Both the position numbers and the translations under genes were made by a program. 64,000 nucleotides of DNA from Octopus sinensis (Eukaryota): NCBI RefSeq assembly GCF_006345805.1, contig NC_043002.1, positions 3,596,001 through 3,660,000 on the forward strand, in the 5' to 3' direction. The notes under the pieces were generated by a model. It saw nothing but the letters and a program-made list of their open reading frames with translations. It was not told the origin of the DNA and ran no database searches. How positions within the stretch are numbered: the first letter of the stretch is position 1; each line of letters starts with the position of its first letter. Below, one piece after another: positions 11,776 to 23,288 of this stretch.

Positions 11776-14700
11776 TATATACACATTATACACACACACA
11801 TTCAATAGAATACATTAATAAAATATAACCATTTATATTGCAGAGTTATAAATGTAATCTGTCTTCCAATTTATACAATTTTAATTGTAGTTTATTGCTA
11901 ATTACGTTTCTGGGGGAGGGTATTTCATAAAATAGAATTTAGCTGATCGAATAAATAATTCTGAAGTATTTAAGCGAAGACGGTTAGAGTTAATTAATTA
12001 ATTAATTGATTGATTAATGATGATGATGATGATGTGGCGGCAGAAAATATCTCTCAACAGTTTTATAAGAAAGTTAACGTGGAGATTTCGAATAATTATG
12101 AAAGCAACTGAAACCGAAGATAATAACTTTAATACATTTAGAAATATTGCAAATAAAAATCCCACAAACATGTCATACCAGTCAGTATTTCATGGGTTTT
12201 CTTTTAGAAAAATCCACGCTTCTTAAAGTTAACCACAATGGCCGAGGCGCGGCAACTTTATCTCGGCTGCTACTGTCAAGCAGTCAATATTTATTGCAAA
12301 GAAATTAAAGAAACTTTGTTTCACTTATATTTTTTTACAGCTTAATTATTTAATACAGATAGATTTTCTTGAATTTATTTAGGAAATATTTTAAAAAGGA
12401 ATTTATCCCAAGTCTCGGCCATTTACTTCTTTACCGATGACCCGAATCCTGAATCGCTGTCTTCTATGGCGGTGTCTGCAATTACAAGACTCAACTTGTA
12501 AAAATGAATTAATAGGTCTTTATTAAATACATAAATGTATATAGACATACATAGTGTTAATTACATTTATATGGTGTGAATATATATATGATATGCGCCA
12601 ATACTTACTCTTATCTGGTTTCCACTTCATTTTAAAGTTAAATTCTATTTTATGCCTGGATTTCATTTTCAGGTAATTTTAACAATAACTGGGATTAAAC
12701 TAATCTAGCTTTTTTTTTATCTTCCATTATTCTTATTAAACATTCAAAATACAAATCAAAGCGGTTTTAAGTATTTTCTTTTATATATAAATAAATAAAA
12801 AATTACCCGGTGCCCCAGCATGGCCACAGCTCGTGAGCTGAAACTAGATAAAATAAAATAAATACTTTTCACTCGGTATGCAAATATCTATGTCTGTATA
12901 CAAATCATTTATATTTGCCTGCAAAATTATTTGCGAGTAATTTTATACAAGGGTATTTAAATTTTTTATATATATGCAAAAGAGGAGATGGCTAAAGAGA
13001 ACTTTATTAAGATGCAATCTTCGACAACGCATTATTTTGCTTCGTTTCCACTAAATTGTTTAGCAACGAAGCTCTTTGCTTTCGCAGTGTGTGCGTATAA
13101 ATATATTTAGGTGCGTGTATGCATTTGCATGCATGCGTGTGTGTGTGTGTGTGTATTATATAATTACTAAATTTTTTGTTAATTACATTACTAAATCGAA
13201 AACCTACAAATGGTATGTAATAAATAAATTCGAAGTATTTCTGTCCCTATTTTATAGAAATTGTTTTAAATCCTCTCTCGAATCTATTTTAATTTTTATT
13301 TACAATCCTCCGCCGTTATATAAAGAATTTTTTTTAATAACTTTTATCTTCCCAAGCAAAAATGTGTCACCATTTAACAAGTCGAGCTCCTACAGAATTT
13401 ATGCCGAATTAGCGATGTTTATTTAATAATCTGAATCTAAACAATATGTCAAGTTATCTAAATGCAGACGTTTTCTATTTGATAGTTCAGTAAAATACAA
13501 CTGAAATTCTACGCTGTGCGTTGATGTGGTCGACATTTTAAACTGTTTCTTCGCTGAGTGATATAATTATTATAATAATTCCAAAGAAAAAGCCTCGCTG
13601 AATAGAAACTAAAAACTTTCTTCCATTCACAAAACAATATATTCTAGTTGTGGAAAGAAATAAAATACGTTGATGTAACAAAGTATAAATGTTTAAAACG
13701 TATTCACTTATGTCTCCCACGTCTTTGACAAACTAATGTCTTCGTTTTCTCCCGATTATTGTAATTAATCAAACATTCCGAGGTGACTTTCACAGTTAAA
13801 TATCAGTTGTAAAGTATTTTAAACGTATAAAGAAATAAATTGTAGAATTCATCGAAATATTTTTAACAAAACATCTTTTTTAAACAATACAATGTAAAAT
13901 CTGAACATTTACAAGAAAGAGAAAAAAATATGCAAGACTATAAATTATTATCAATTATGTCGGCGTCATCTCGATCAAAAATAACGTTTATATAATTTAC
14001 AGTTTCTTCTTTAAATAATTATTTGAATCTGCCAAAGAAGTCTATAAATAAATAAAGCTATTTCTTTCCCTTTTGTCCTCTTTTTCTATTCAATGCCGGA
14101 AGTGAGAGAAAATGGCTTTCTCAGACATCGACCACCGCAACATACTCTCTCTCTCTTATCAATATTATTGCCTTTATTAAATTTCTTGGGAAGCTTCACA
14201 ACACTACACCTAATTTCAGTCATGAATTACGAGCAGTTTGCTATATTTTTTGATAAAGCTGATGGATTAACTTCATTACTTTCTGGTCATTTAATTAAAA
14301 AAAGTTAAACTTCTCCGTGAAGAACTTGTGACTGTTGAGGGAGAAACAAAACTGGTAGACGTAAAATTATCTCCAAGACCTAAATTCTGGTAAAACCTAA
14401 ATTTTTCGATGATGTTCGTTGGAAAAAAAAACCTAATAATTCACTAAATAATAATATTATGTAATACTATTTCCTATGTCTGTAATTAAACCCTAAAGCT
14501 ACTTAAGCAAAGTGTCTTTAGATATTTTTACCGTTTCCACTGCTCTTATTTATTTTCAGTTCTGGAACTCCTTCTGCTCGTAACTTTTTTATTTTTTATG
14601 CATTTTAAAAGAATTCAGATTTTCATTTTGTTTAATAAAATATTAAATTTTACCGAGTTTGGTTATTTGGTGGCGACTTTAAAGGTCACCACATTCGGAA

Positions 14701-16146
14701 TTCCCAGATAATTACTGCTGCAAGAATTACAATAGTAAATTATAAAAACAATATGTCAAGATAATTTAATTCATTGTCTTATATAATAAAACCAAAAAAA
14801 GTTTCTATATTTTGGTTGAATTTGATAATTTTGAGCTAGGTGCTTGGCGCCAAACGATTATTTTGCCAATAATTGCTGCCAACATGTAAACATTAATAAA
14901 CCTTCTGACATTCCAAAAATCACCGATAAAACATAACAATTAAGGTATTTTAGCAAATATTTCGAAGTCAGTGTCATATAAAAATGGTACACCGTTTTAG
15001 CGAGACAAATTTCCGTAGTTTTTTTAGAATCTTTCATGTTTTTCTCTTTATCTATTCCTGTAAATTACAACTTGACAAAATATATTTTGCTGTTTTCGCC
15101 TGGGAACTCGTTGTTTCTGCGTTCAAATCCCGCCCACCGACGTTACTTTTCGAACCTCCAAGATCTGTTATATTAGTTCTGTTCGATCTCTTCAATCAAT
15201 TATATCGTATTCTTACGAAGAATTAGCCTTGTTTTTGGTGAAAAGCAATAAACATTACAATTGGGAAAGGCATAAATGCCACGATGTCCCCTGCCACTTC
15301 TCTCTTAAACGGCACCTAATTTACCCCCCACTTCGGTTTTTATTTCTAGTCATAACATCGCATACTCTTTTAATATTTCTATAAATCTAATCCGAATGTC
15401 TGCCACTTGACATTCTTCTGTCAAATCCCGTTGGATTCCTCTTTGACTTTCATTCCAAGGTCAATTAAATACCAGTAATTCGTCAATTTAATACACTATC
15501 CAGCATTCCCTTATATTAAAAAGATATTATTCTTATCTCTAGTGAAGTCGTGTTCACATTTGCTCTCGTTTCCAACCAATTTCGATTCCTTTAATAACCC
15601 TATAACCACTTCTATCCTTTTACTGGCTGCCAACCTCACCACGCCCAACTAACCCTAATTCCAAGACCTGTGCCAACTGAAATAACCCAAGCTTATATTT
15701 CAAGACGGCTAATAATAAACTGAAAGCTTCCTTTCCTCAACAAAATTGACAAACTACCATTTAAATCCTGCCTAGAACCCTCACATCTTTACACATATTC
15801 TGTCACACACACACACCTTTTGTCTGGGGCACCATCTTAAAGAATTTTTAGTCAAATGAAATGACCCCCAATACTTCAGTACTTTTTCTTTTAAACTGGT
15901 ACTTATTATATCAGTCTCTGTTGCCAAACTGCTATGTTGCACGGACATAAACACCAACACTGGTCATCAAGTGGTAGTGGGGAGAATAAACAGAGACATA
16001 TATATATGTCACAGGCTTCTTCCAGTTTCCATCTACCAAATTCACTCCCAAGACTTTGGTTGGCCCAAAGCTATAGTAGAAGACACTTGCCCAAGGTACC
16101 ATGCAGTAGGACTGAACCTGGAATCATGTGGTTGGGAATCAAACTT

Positions 16147-16359
16147 ATTTCTTTATTGCCCAGAAGGGGCTAAACAGAGAGGGGACAAAGGGATTAAGTC
16201 AATTATATCGACCTCAGTGCGTAACTGGTACTTAATTTATCGACCCTGAAAGGATGAAAGGCAAAGTCGACCTCGGCGGAATTTGAACTCAGAACGTAAC
16301 GACAGACAAAATACCGCTAAGCATTTTGCCCGGTGTGTTAACATGTCTGCCAATTTGCC
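16147..16359 (-). mobile_element. tRNA-derived SINE family B with 10-bp TSD
   Basis: Full B sequence flanked by aatcaaactt at 16137-16146 and 16360-16369. Confidence 0.88.
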
Positions 16360-16372
16360 AATCAAACTTCTT

Positions 16373-16619
16373 TATTTTCTAAAATTTGCCACGAGGGCAG
16401 TACATAGATAGAAGCAAGTGGGCTGGACATAGACAGGATGAGACGAAATAATGCGGATGGGAGGGATGGTGGCGCCCACCAACTGACAAACCCTCGAATA
16501 CAAAGTTTCTTTACAATGATATCAAATTTTCTTACAATTCTCTTTGTCAGGTCCCCCAAAGTAAGTTACCTGCCGCCTGCAGACAACTCTGCATCGACAG
16601 GTCGGGGCCTGCAAAGAGG
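16373..16619 (-). mobile_element. Unclassified 5'-truncated non-LTR 3' end (~247 bp) with 9-bp TSD
   Basis: Flanked by aaacttctt at 16364-16372 and 16620-16628. The minus strand ends tgccctcgtggcaaattttagaaaataaa. Confidence 0.65.
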
Positions 16620-17031
16620 AAACTTCTTGCCACACAGCCACACCTGCACTTCTACATACAGGTGTCTATGGAGGTGGTTATAGATATATGCCTTTGTTGG
16701 CTCACAATCGTAATGTCAAGAGTTTAATCTCCAAACCAGAGAGGTGTATTGTGTCCTTCAACAAGTTTCTTCATTTCACTTTACTCCAGCCTGCTTAACT
16801 GAAAGTTAAGTTCCAGGTAAATGTCGGTGCAGCCATCTCCAGCTGTCCCCTTCTGGATGTGCCACAAGGTTAAAGGAGAATTGAGCAGCTGCCTGTATCT
16901 GCTCATCACTAAGACAATTAGTGAAAGCATTATTCGTGCTACCAAGCCATATTCCTTGGTGGGTGGACAATAGATGGCTTATATAAACTTGCTATTTGAA
17001 GATTCTCATTCTTGCAACTCACGCAGGCTCA

Positions 17032-17250
17032 TATCATCATCATCATCATCATCATTCAGTGTCTGTTTTCCCTGCTGGTATGGGTTGGACGGTTTGACAG
17101 GAGCTGGCAAGGCTGGAGAGCTGCACCAGGGTCCAATTGTCTGTTTTCTACAGCTGGATGCCCTTCCTAACACCAACAAATTTACAGAGTGTACTGGGTG
17201 CTTTACATGTAGCACTAGCACAGGTGCTTTTTACGTGGCTCCAATACTTT
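17032..17250 (-). mobile_element. RTE 3'-end fragment (family C)
   Basis: Reverse complement of aggaagggcatccagctgtagaaa ... aacccat..cag..ggaa ... (GAT)n tail. Confidence 0.75.
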
Positions 17251-17278
17251 ATACAAGACACCAGCATATATACATATA

Positions 17279-18364
17279 CAGGGATTAAACAAAGTAATGG
17301 AAACACCTTAAAATTTCAAACAAATTTATTTTCATATGGGGTAGGACCAGCTTTGGTAGTAATTACAGCTTGAATTCTATGAGGTATGAACTCATACACA
17401 GTTTGAATTGTTTCCAAAGGAATTTTTGTCCATTCTTCAGCTAAAACAGTCTCCAGTTCTTGTAGTGATGATGGTGGAGGATATCGACTCCTTACTTGTT
17501 TTTCTAAAATGCACCATAAATGTTCAATAATATTGAGATCTGGGGACTGTGGTGGCCAGATAGGATGTTCAACTTCACTAGAATGTTCCTTGTGCCATTC
17601 AGTAACAACCTTAGCTGTGTGAATTGGTGCATTAACATCCTGAAAGATTGCGTTTCCCTCCAGAAACAGTTCTGCAATCATAGGAAGAATTCTATCAGAT
17701 AAAATGCTTAAATAGTCTTGACTATTAATTCTGCCATGAAGGGAAACCCCTGGGCCAGCGGACTGCCAAGATATAGCCACCCGTATTATCACAGATTCTC
17801 CTCCGTGTTTTAACTCCACTCTAAATGCTTTGCAACGTTTGTTTTTGAAAGTAGTGGTTTTCTGATTGCAGCCCTCCTATAAAATCCAGCTTTGTGCTGC
17901 TCCTGGCAAACAGCTTTTGTGGAAACTGGGTTCTTTAGGTGGTCATTAAGCTCTACAGTAATTTTGGGAGCTCTACTTTTGTGATCCTTTCTAACAATTC
18001 ACAGAAGAGTCCGACAGTCCCTATCTGAAAGTTTTGGTTTTCTTCTGGAGTTTGGTTTCAATGAGGAGGTTTTTCCCTCTTTCTCAAAGGCTGTTGTTAC
18101 TTTCGAGCCAGTACTTCTTGATACACCAAACATTTCGGCTGTTTTCAGTATGCTAGCACCTCTCTGAAAGTCCAATAGATCTGTCATTTGAATGAATTTT
18201 AATTACCTTTTTCTGATATCTGAAAAAAAAAAAGCAATTTTGGCAAAACATATTAAGCAACACTAATAATAAATCAAAAAACCAAAATAAACAAGCTTTT
18301 GACAGTTTTACAGATATTTCAACATTATGATGCTAGGTGTTTCCATTATTTTGTCCAACCCCTG
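17279..18364 (-). mobile_element. Tc1-like transposon remnant with D..36..E spacing (Incomer-like), inactive
   Basis: TIRs cagggattaaacaaagtaatggaaacacct / aggtgtttccattattttgtccaacccctg; TA on the left flank, CA on the right. N-term ORF 17999-18187 (TAEMFGVSRST..KEGKTSS..RKPKLSDRD) and C-term ORF 17316-17819 (FQDVNAPIH...WPPQSPDLNIIEHLW). Confidence 0.9.
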
Positions 18365-19274
18365 CATATCCTCATCATCCTTGTCTTCGATCTGCTTTTC
18401 ATAATGGTTGGATAAGTCAAACACAGTTTAATGCCTCCTTAAGTGTTGTCAAGGGATCACACTCACTTGTCTGTCTCATTTTGGTAGGGTTTCTATGGCT
18501 GGGTGCCCACTTTACAGAGTGCATTAGGTGCATATCACTGCAGCACAAGAGAGGTTGTCCTGTCTTTGACAAGAAAAAGAAATTAGTTGTCTCACTCTTA
18601 CGAGGTCTTTACACGTTCATTAACCACGGGCTGGGTGGTAGCACTATAGAGGTTATCCGTTCCTCCCTCAGCCATCTGGAGTGGATTCACCAGCACTTGT
18701 AACATTGCCTTGTTCTGGGCACCCTCTCTGCTCTATTTGGCTCTGTTTATTCAGGGCAACTGGACCACTACAGAAGAGAATGTAGTTTCAGAAGATTAAA
18801 TAAGTTGAAAGGGAGGATGGGTGTAGGGGGGGGGAAGAGTATAGGAGGTTAAACAGAGTGATAGTGGGAGATGATGGAGTAAAAGAGAAGTGGAAGAGTT
18901 AATGCCAGAGGAGTGATGAAAAGTAGTAAAGATGGTGTGACTGAACAGATATAAATAGGCAAGGCCAGATTTAGTTGTACAATATACATCCTCCACCCCA
19001 GTCACTACTCTCTCCATTTTTAATTTACATTTAGCCACACATTTGCTTGGGTGGTTAGAACTGTAGGATTTTTCCAATCTGGAAGGGGCAAAGCTACCAA
19101 GGGTCAGTGTTAACTGGATATAAGGGGTGGGAATCGATCAGCTTCGATTGGGTCACCTCGGTAAGGGTGTCTGAGGTTGAAAGACCCAAAACACCAAATA
19201 CCACCCCAGAGCCATTGTTGATGATGTGTCCTGGTGCATTACAGGATGATGTAGGGAAAATATGCATATATATA

Positions 19275-19314
<40 letters not shown>

Positions 19315-19319
19315 TATAT

Positions 19320-19503
19320 TGGTGGCACGTAAAAAACACCCACTACACTCGCGGAGTGGTTGGCGTTAGGAAGGGCATCCAGCCGTAGAAACACTGCCAG
19401 ATCTGACTGGGCCTGACGAAGCCTTCCAGCTTCACAGACCCCAGTTGACCAGTCCAACCCATGCTAGCATGGAAAGCGGACGCTAAATGATGATGATGAT
19501 GAT
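19320..19503 (+). mobile_element. RTE 3'-end fragment (family C), young
   Basis: ggcacgtaaaaaacacccactacac..gttggcgttaggaagggcatccagccgtagaaa..ccatgctagcatggaaagcggacgctaaa(TGA)n. Confidence 0.85.
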
Positions 19504-19965
19504 TGGAAGGTTTGGAGATGGTGTACAGGTATTTTATAGTAGAAGAAATGAGGTACTCAGAAAATCGGATGGTTTATATTTACAGATATTTATTTGTATA
19601 TTACATGTTTTTATACATCATATAACTTAGATCATGTATTAGCGCTTTCTCCCATTCTAGTGGTGTTTTCAAATCAAACTAAGTTCCTGTGTGAAGAGTT
19701 TTGACCATTCTATAGTGGTATTGAGTTTGTAGTGGTGGGGAGGAATATAAGACAGTACAAGAGGGTGATGGATGAGGAGGAAGTTAACATCCATTTTCCA
19801 TGCTAGCATGGTCTTGATAGTTTGACAGGGGATGCACCAGGCTCCATTGTTTTGGCATGGCTTCTGTGGCTGGATGCACTTCATAATGCCAACCACTTTA
19901 TAGAATGTACTGGGTGCTTTTTACGTACCACCATCATCAGTGCTTTTTATGTGGAACCAGCAAAC

Positions 19966-20735
19966 ACACACACACACACACACATCATCATCATCATCAT
20001 CATCTTAATTTAACATCTGTTGTCCATGCAGGCACGGGTTGGACGGTTTGACTGGGCTGGCATGCTGGCAGGCTCCAGTCTGATTTGGCATGGTCTTCTA
20101 TGGCTAGATGCCCTTCCTAACGCCAACCACTCCGAGAGTGTAATGGGTGCTTTTACGTGCCACCAGCATGGGTGCCATTTGCGTGATACCGGTATCTACC
20201 CTGACTGCGATTATGCTCAGCTTCATGGGTTTTCTTCTCAAGTTGGACATAATGACAAAGGTCTTAGTCATCGCCTCCATGAGGCCTAACACTCGAAAGT
20301 AGCTCAGCCTCTTTGCCTCCATATATATATATATACATACATACACACACACACACACACATCATCATCATCATCATCATCTTAATTTAACATCTGTTGT
20401 CCATGCAGGCACGGGTTGGACGGTTTGACTGGGCTGGCATGCTGGCAGGCTCCAGTCTGATTTGGCATGGTCTTCTATGGCTAGATGCCCTTCCTAACGC
20501 CAACCACTCCGAGAGTGTAATGGGTGCTTTTACGTGCCACCAGCATGGGTGCCATTTGCGTGATACCGGTATCTACCCTGACTGCGATTATGCTCAGCTT
20601 CATGGGTTTTCTTCTCAAGTATGACATAATGACAAAGGTCTTAGTCATCGCCTCCATGAGGCCTAACACTCGAAAGTAGCTCAGCCTCTTTGCCTCCATA
20701 TATATATATATACATACATACACACACACACACAT
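19966..20735 (-). repeat. 377-bp direct tandem duplication of an RTE 3'-end fragment plus flanking microsatellites
   Basis: cttaatttaacatctg at 20004 and 20381 (offset 377). Copies differ visibly only at caagttggac vs caagtatgac and in microsatellite length. Confidence 0.92.
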
Positions 20736-21179
20736 ACACACATGTATGGAAAGCTTAGTTGGCTGTATGCACAATGACGCCTCTGGGACTGCTTACCTGA
20801 GATGACCTCCGACCTAGTGAGCAAGAGCACAGCGGAAGAGAGAAACAGAGACAGATGGATATGTGTGTGTGTGTGTGAGGGATGGTAACAAGAAGGGCAT
20901 CAAGCTATACAAAATCTACATCAACAAGTTCCACCTGATCCAGGCAAGCATGGGTGATGAGAATGAAAATACCCCCATGCTGGTCCACATTAAATGCACC
21001 CATTGCCACTCTGTAAAGTGGTAGGCATTAGGAAGGGCATCCGGCCATAGAAACCAAACGAAACAGACTGGAATCTGATGTAGCTTGCCAGCTCTGGTCA
21101 AGCCTTCTAACCCATGCCAGCATGGAAAATGGATGTGAAATGTTGATACATATATATTCATGGAAGTGCTTATATAGAT

Positions 21180-21566
21180 GCAGGAGTGGCTGTGTGGTAA
21201 GTAGCTTGCTTGCCAACCACATGGTTCTGGGTTCAGTCTCACTACATGGCACCTTGGGCAAGTGTCTTTGGCAAGCCTTGTGAGTGGATTTGGTAGATGG
21301 AAACTGAAAGAAGCCCATCATCGGAAGAGGTATATATATATATGTGTGTGTGTATGTATATGTTTGTGTGTCTGTGTTTGTCCCCTCACCATCGCTTGAC
21401 ATCCGATGCTGGTGTGTTTACATCCCCGTAACTTGGCGGTTCGGCAAGAGAGACCGATAGAGTAAGTACTAGGCTTACAAAGAATAAGTCCAAGGGTCGA
21501 TTTGCTCGACTAAAAGGCGGTGCTCCAGCATGGCCGCAGTCAAATGACTGAAACAAATAAAAGAAA
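21180..21566 (+). mobile_element. Full-length tRNA-derived CORE-type SINE (family A; probably the octopus OR1/OR2 type)
   Basis: Head gcaggagtggctgtgtggtaag..gggttcagtctcact (A/B boxes), CORE-like ggcaccttgggcaagtgtct, internal (TA)(TG) microsatellite, tail ggtgctccagcatggccgcagtcaaatgactgaaacaa. Confidence 0.85.
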
Positions 21567-22020
21567 ATGTTCATGTGTAAGTGTGTATATGAGCATCTGT
21601 GACTGTGTGTGTGTAGATGCACCAAGTTCCATTGTGAAGGAATCATGTTACAAACATTTTTACATCCACTTCTCTTGTGTTTGTTAACTCTTATAATACA
21701 TGGGAGAGTGTTTTTATAAGTGATAGCGTTTTGTTGTTGTTCTTCTGTAAAGAACTAGTTTCACACAGAATTATATGATACTGCTTCTATCATACAAACG
21801 AAAGAGAACGTTTACGCATTTTGTCTGTTTTTAAACGGTTAATGCAGCACTTTCTGGATGGGTTGGTTTTAGGTTAAACACAAGAGCTCGGATTAAGTCA
21901 CTTGCTACACTTGTGCAACTCTGAAACAGGCACACGCACACACACACATGTATATGTGTGTGTGCGTATATATGTATGCATGTGTGCCTATATATGTATG
22001 TGTATATATATATTTATATT

Positions 22021-22820
22021 TGGGCCTGGTGCAGCCTTCTGGCTTTCTAGACCCCAGTTGAACCGTCCAACCCATGCTAGCATGGAAAGCGGACGCTAAA
22101 CAATGATGATGATGATGATGATGATATATATATGTATATATATATCATCATCATCATTTAGCGTCCGCTTTCCATGCTAGCATGGGTTGGACGGTTCAAC
22201 TGGGGTCTGTGAAGCCAGAAGGCTGCATCAGGCCCAGTCTGATATGGCAATGTTTCTACGGCTGGATGCCCTTCCTAACGCCATGTATATATATATATTA
22301 CATGTATATATGTATATATATTTATATATATATATACACACACATACATTTATTATATATATATATATGTGTATATATATATATATATCAGAATCAAAAT
22401 CGATCAATGGAAATTGCAGATGTGTTACCAGTGCCGGTGGCATGTAAGAGAACCTTCTGTTTCGCGACCGTTGCCAGCACCGCCCTGTTTCATGTCCGTT
22501 TCCAGCACCGCCCTGTTTCGTGTCCGTTGCCAGCACCGCCCTGTTTCGTGTCCGTTGCCAGCCTCGCCTGGCCCTCGTGCCGGTGGCACATAAAAAGCAC
22601 CATCCGTTCGTGGCTGTTTGCCAGCACTGTCTGGCACCTGTGCGAGTGGCACGTAAAAAGCACCCACTACACTCACGGAGTGGTTGGCGTTAGGAAGGGC
22701 ATCCAGCCGTAGAAACACTGCCAGATTTGACTGGGCCTGATGAAGCCTTCTGGCTTCACAGACCCCAGTAGAACCGTCCAACCCATGCTAGCATGGAAAA
22801 CGGACGCTAAACGATGATGA
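22021..22820. mobile_element. Cluster of three RTE 3'-end copies (+ / - / +) with an internal 28-bp tandem repeat
   Basis: + copy 22021-22125, - copy 22144-22280, + copy ~22390-22820. Unit ccgttgccagcaccgccctgtttcgtgt at 22468, 22496, 22524, 22552. Confidence 0.88.
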
Positions 22821-23026
22821 TATATATATATATATATATATATATCATGATGATGATGTTATATATATTTATGTGTGTAAAGTGCAACATGTAGAACATA
22901 ACATTTAACCAATGTTTAGAGCTCCATGATTATAGTTCAAAAGTTCCATTCATGAAGAGGATTGTATTTACATTTCTCTTCGTGAATGGAATTATACACA
23001 CATACAGATGTATGGTTCCTGCAGGG

Positions 23027-23288
23027 CATTGATTCTCAAAGTGGGCAGTATTGCCTCCCTGGGGGTGCAGGGGAAAGTTCGAAGGAGGTGTTCAAGAAAA
23101 GTGGGGGGGGCAATAATGGGGTGGGGATTGATGTAAAAATGACAAAGTAATGGGTTCACTAAGTTTTATTTGTGAAATACAGTTGCTTTGAATTTGCTTC
23201 AGAAAGAGGTCTATGTTTGTGATGGTTAATTGGCGTGGGGGCGTAGGTGTCAAGGGGGCAGCAGCCTGAAAAAGTTTGGGAACCACTG
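23027..23288. mobile_element. hAT-type MITE, diverged
   Basis: Ends cattgattctcaaagt / aagtttgggaaccactg. Degenerate 8-bp flanks ctgcaggg / ctgtagac. Confidence 0.55.

Larger units (their letters stand above)
15820..16649 (-). mobile_element. Family A SINE split by two nested retroposon insertions
   Basis: Body 15820-16146; head (cacacagccacacctgc) resumes at 16620-16649. Confidence 0.8.

Noticed and set aside
15095-15140. GC box / tRNA T-loop (gttcaaatcccgcc)
   Set aside because: Matches the B-box region of SINE family B; no A box or cloverleaf, so most likely a tiny SINE remnant.
21180-21260. tRNA genes at SINE heads (also 33917, 38440-38520, 39517, 44745-44825)
   Set aside because: A/B boxes are present but there is no complete cloverleaf, and each continues into a SINE body and tail.
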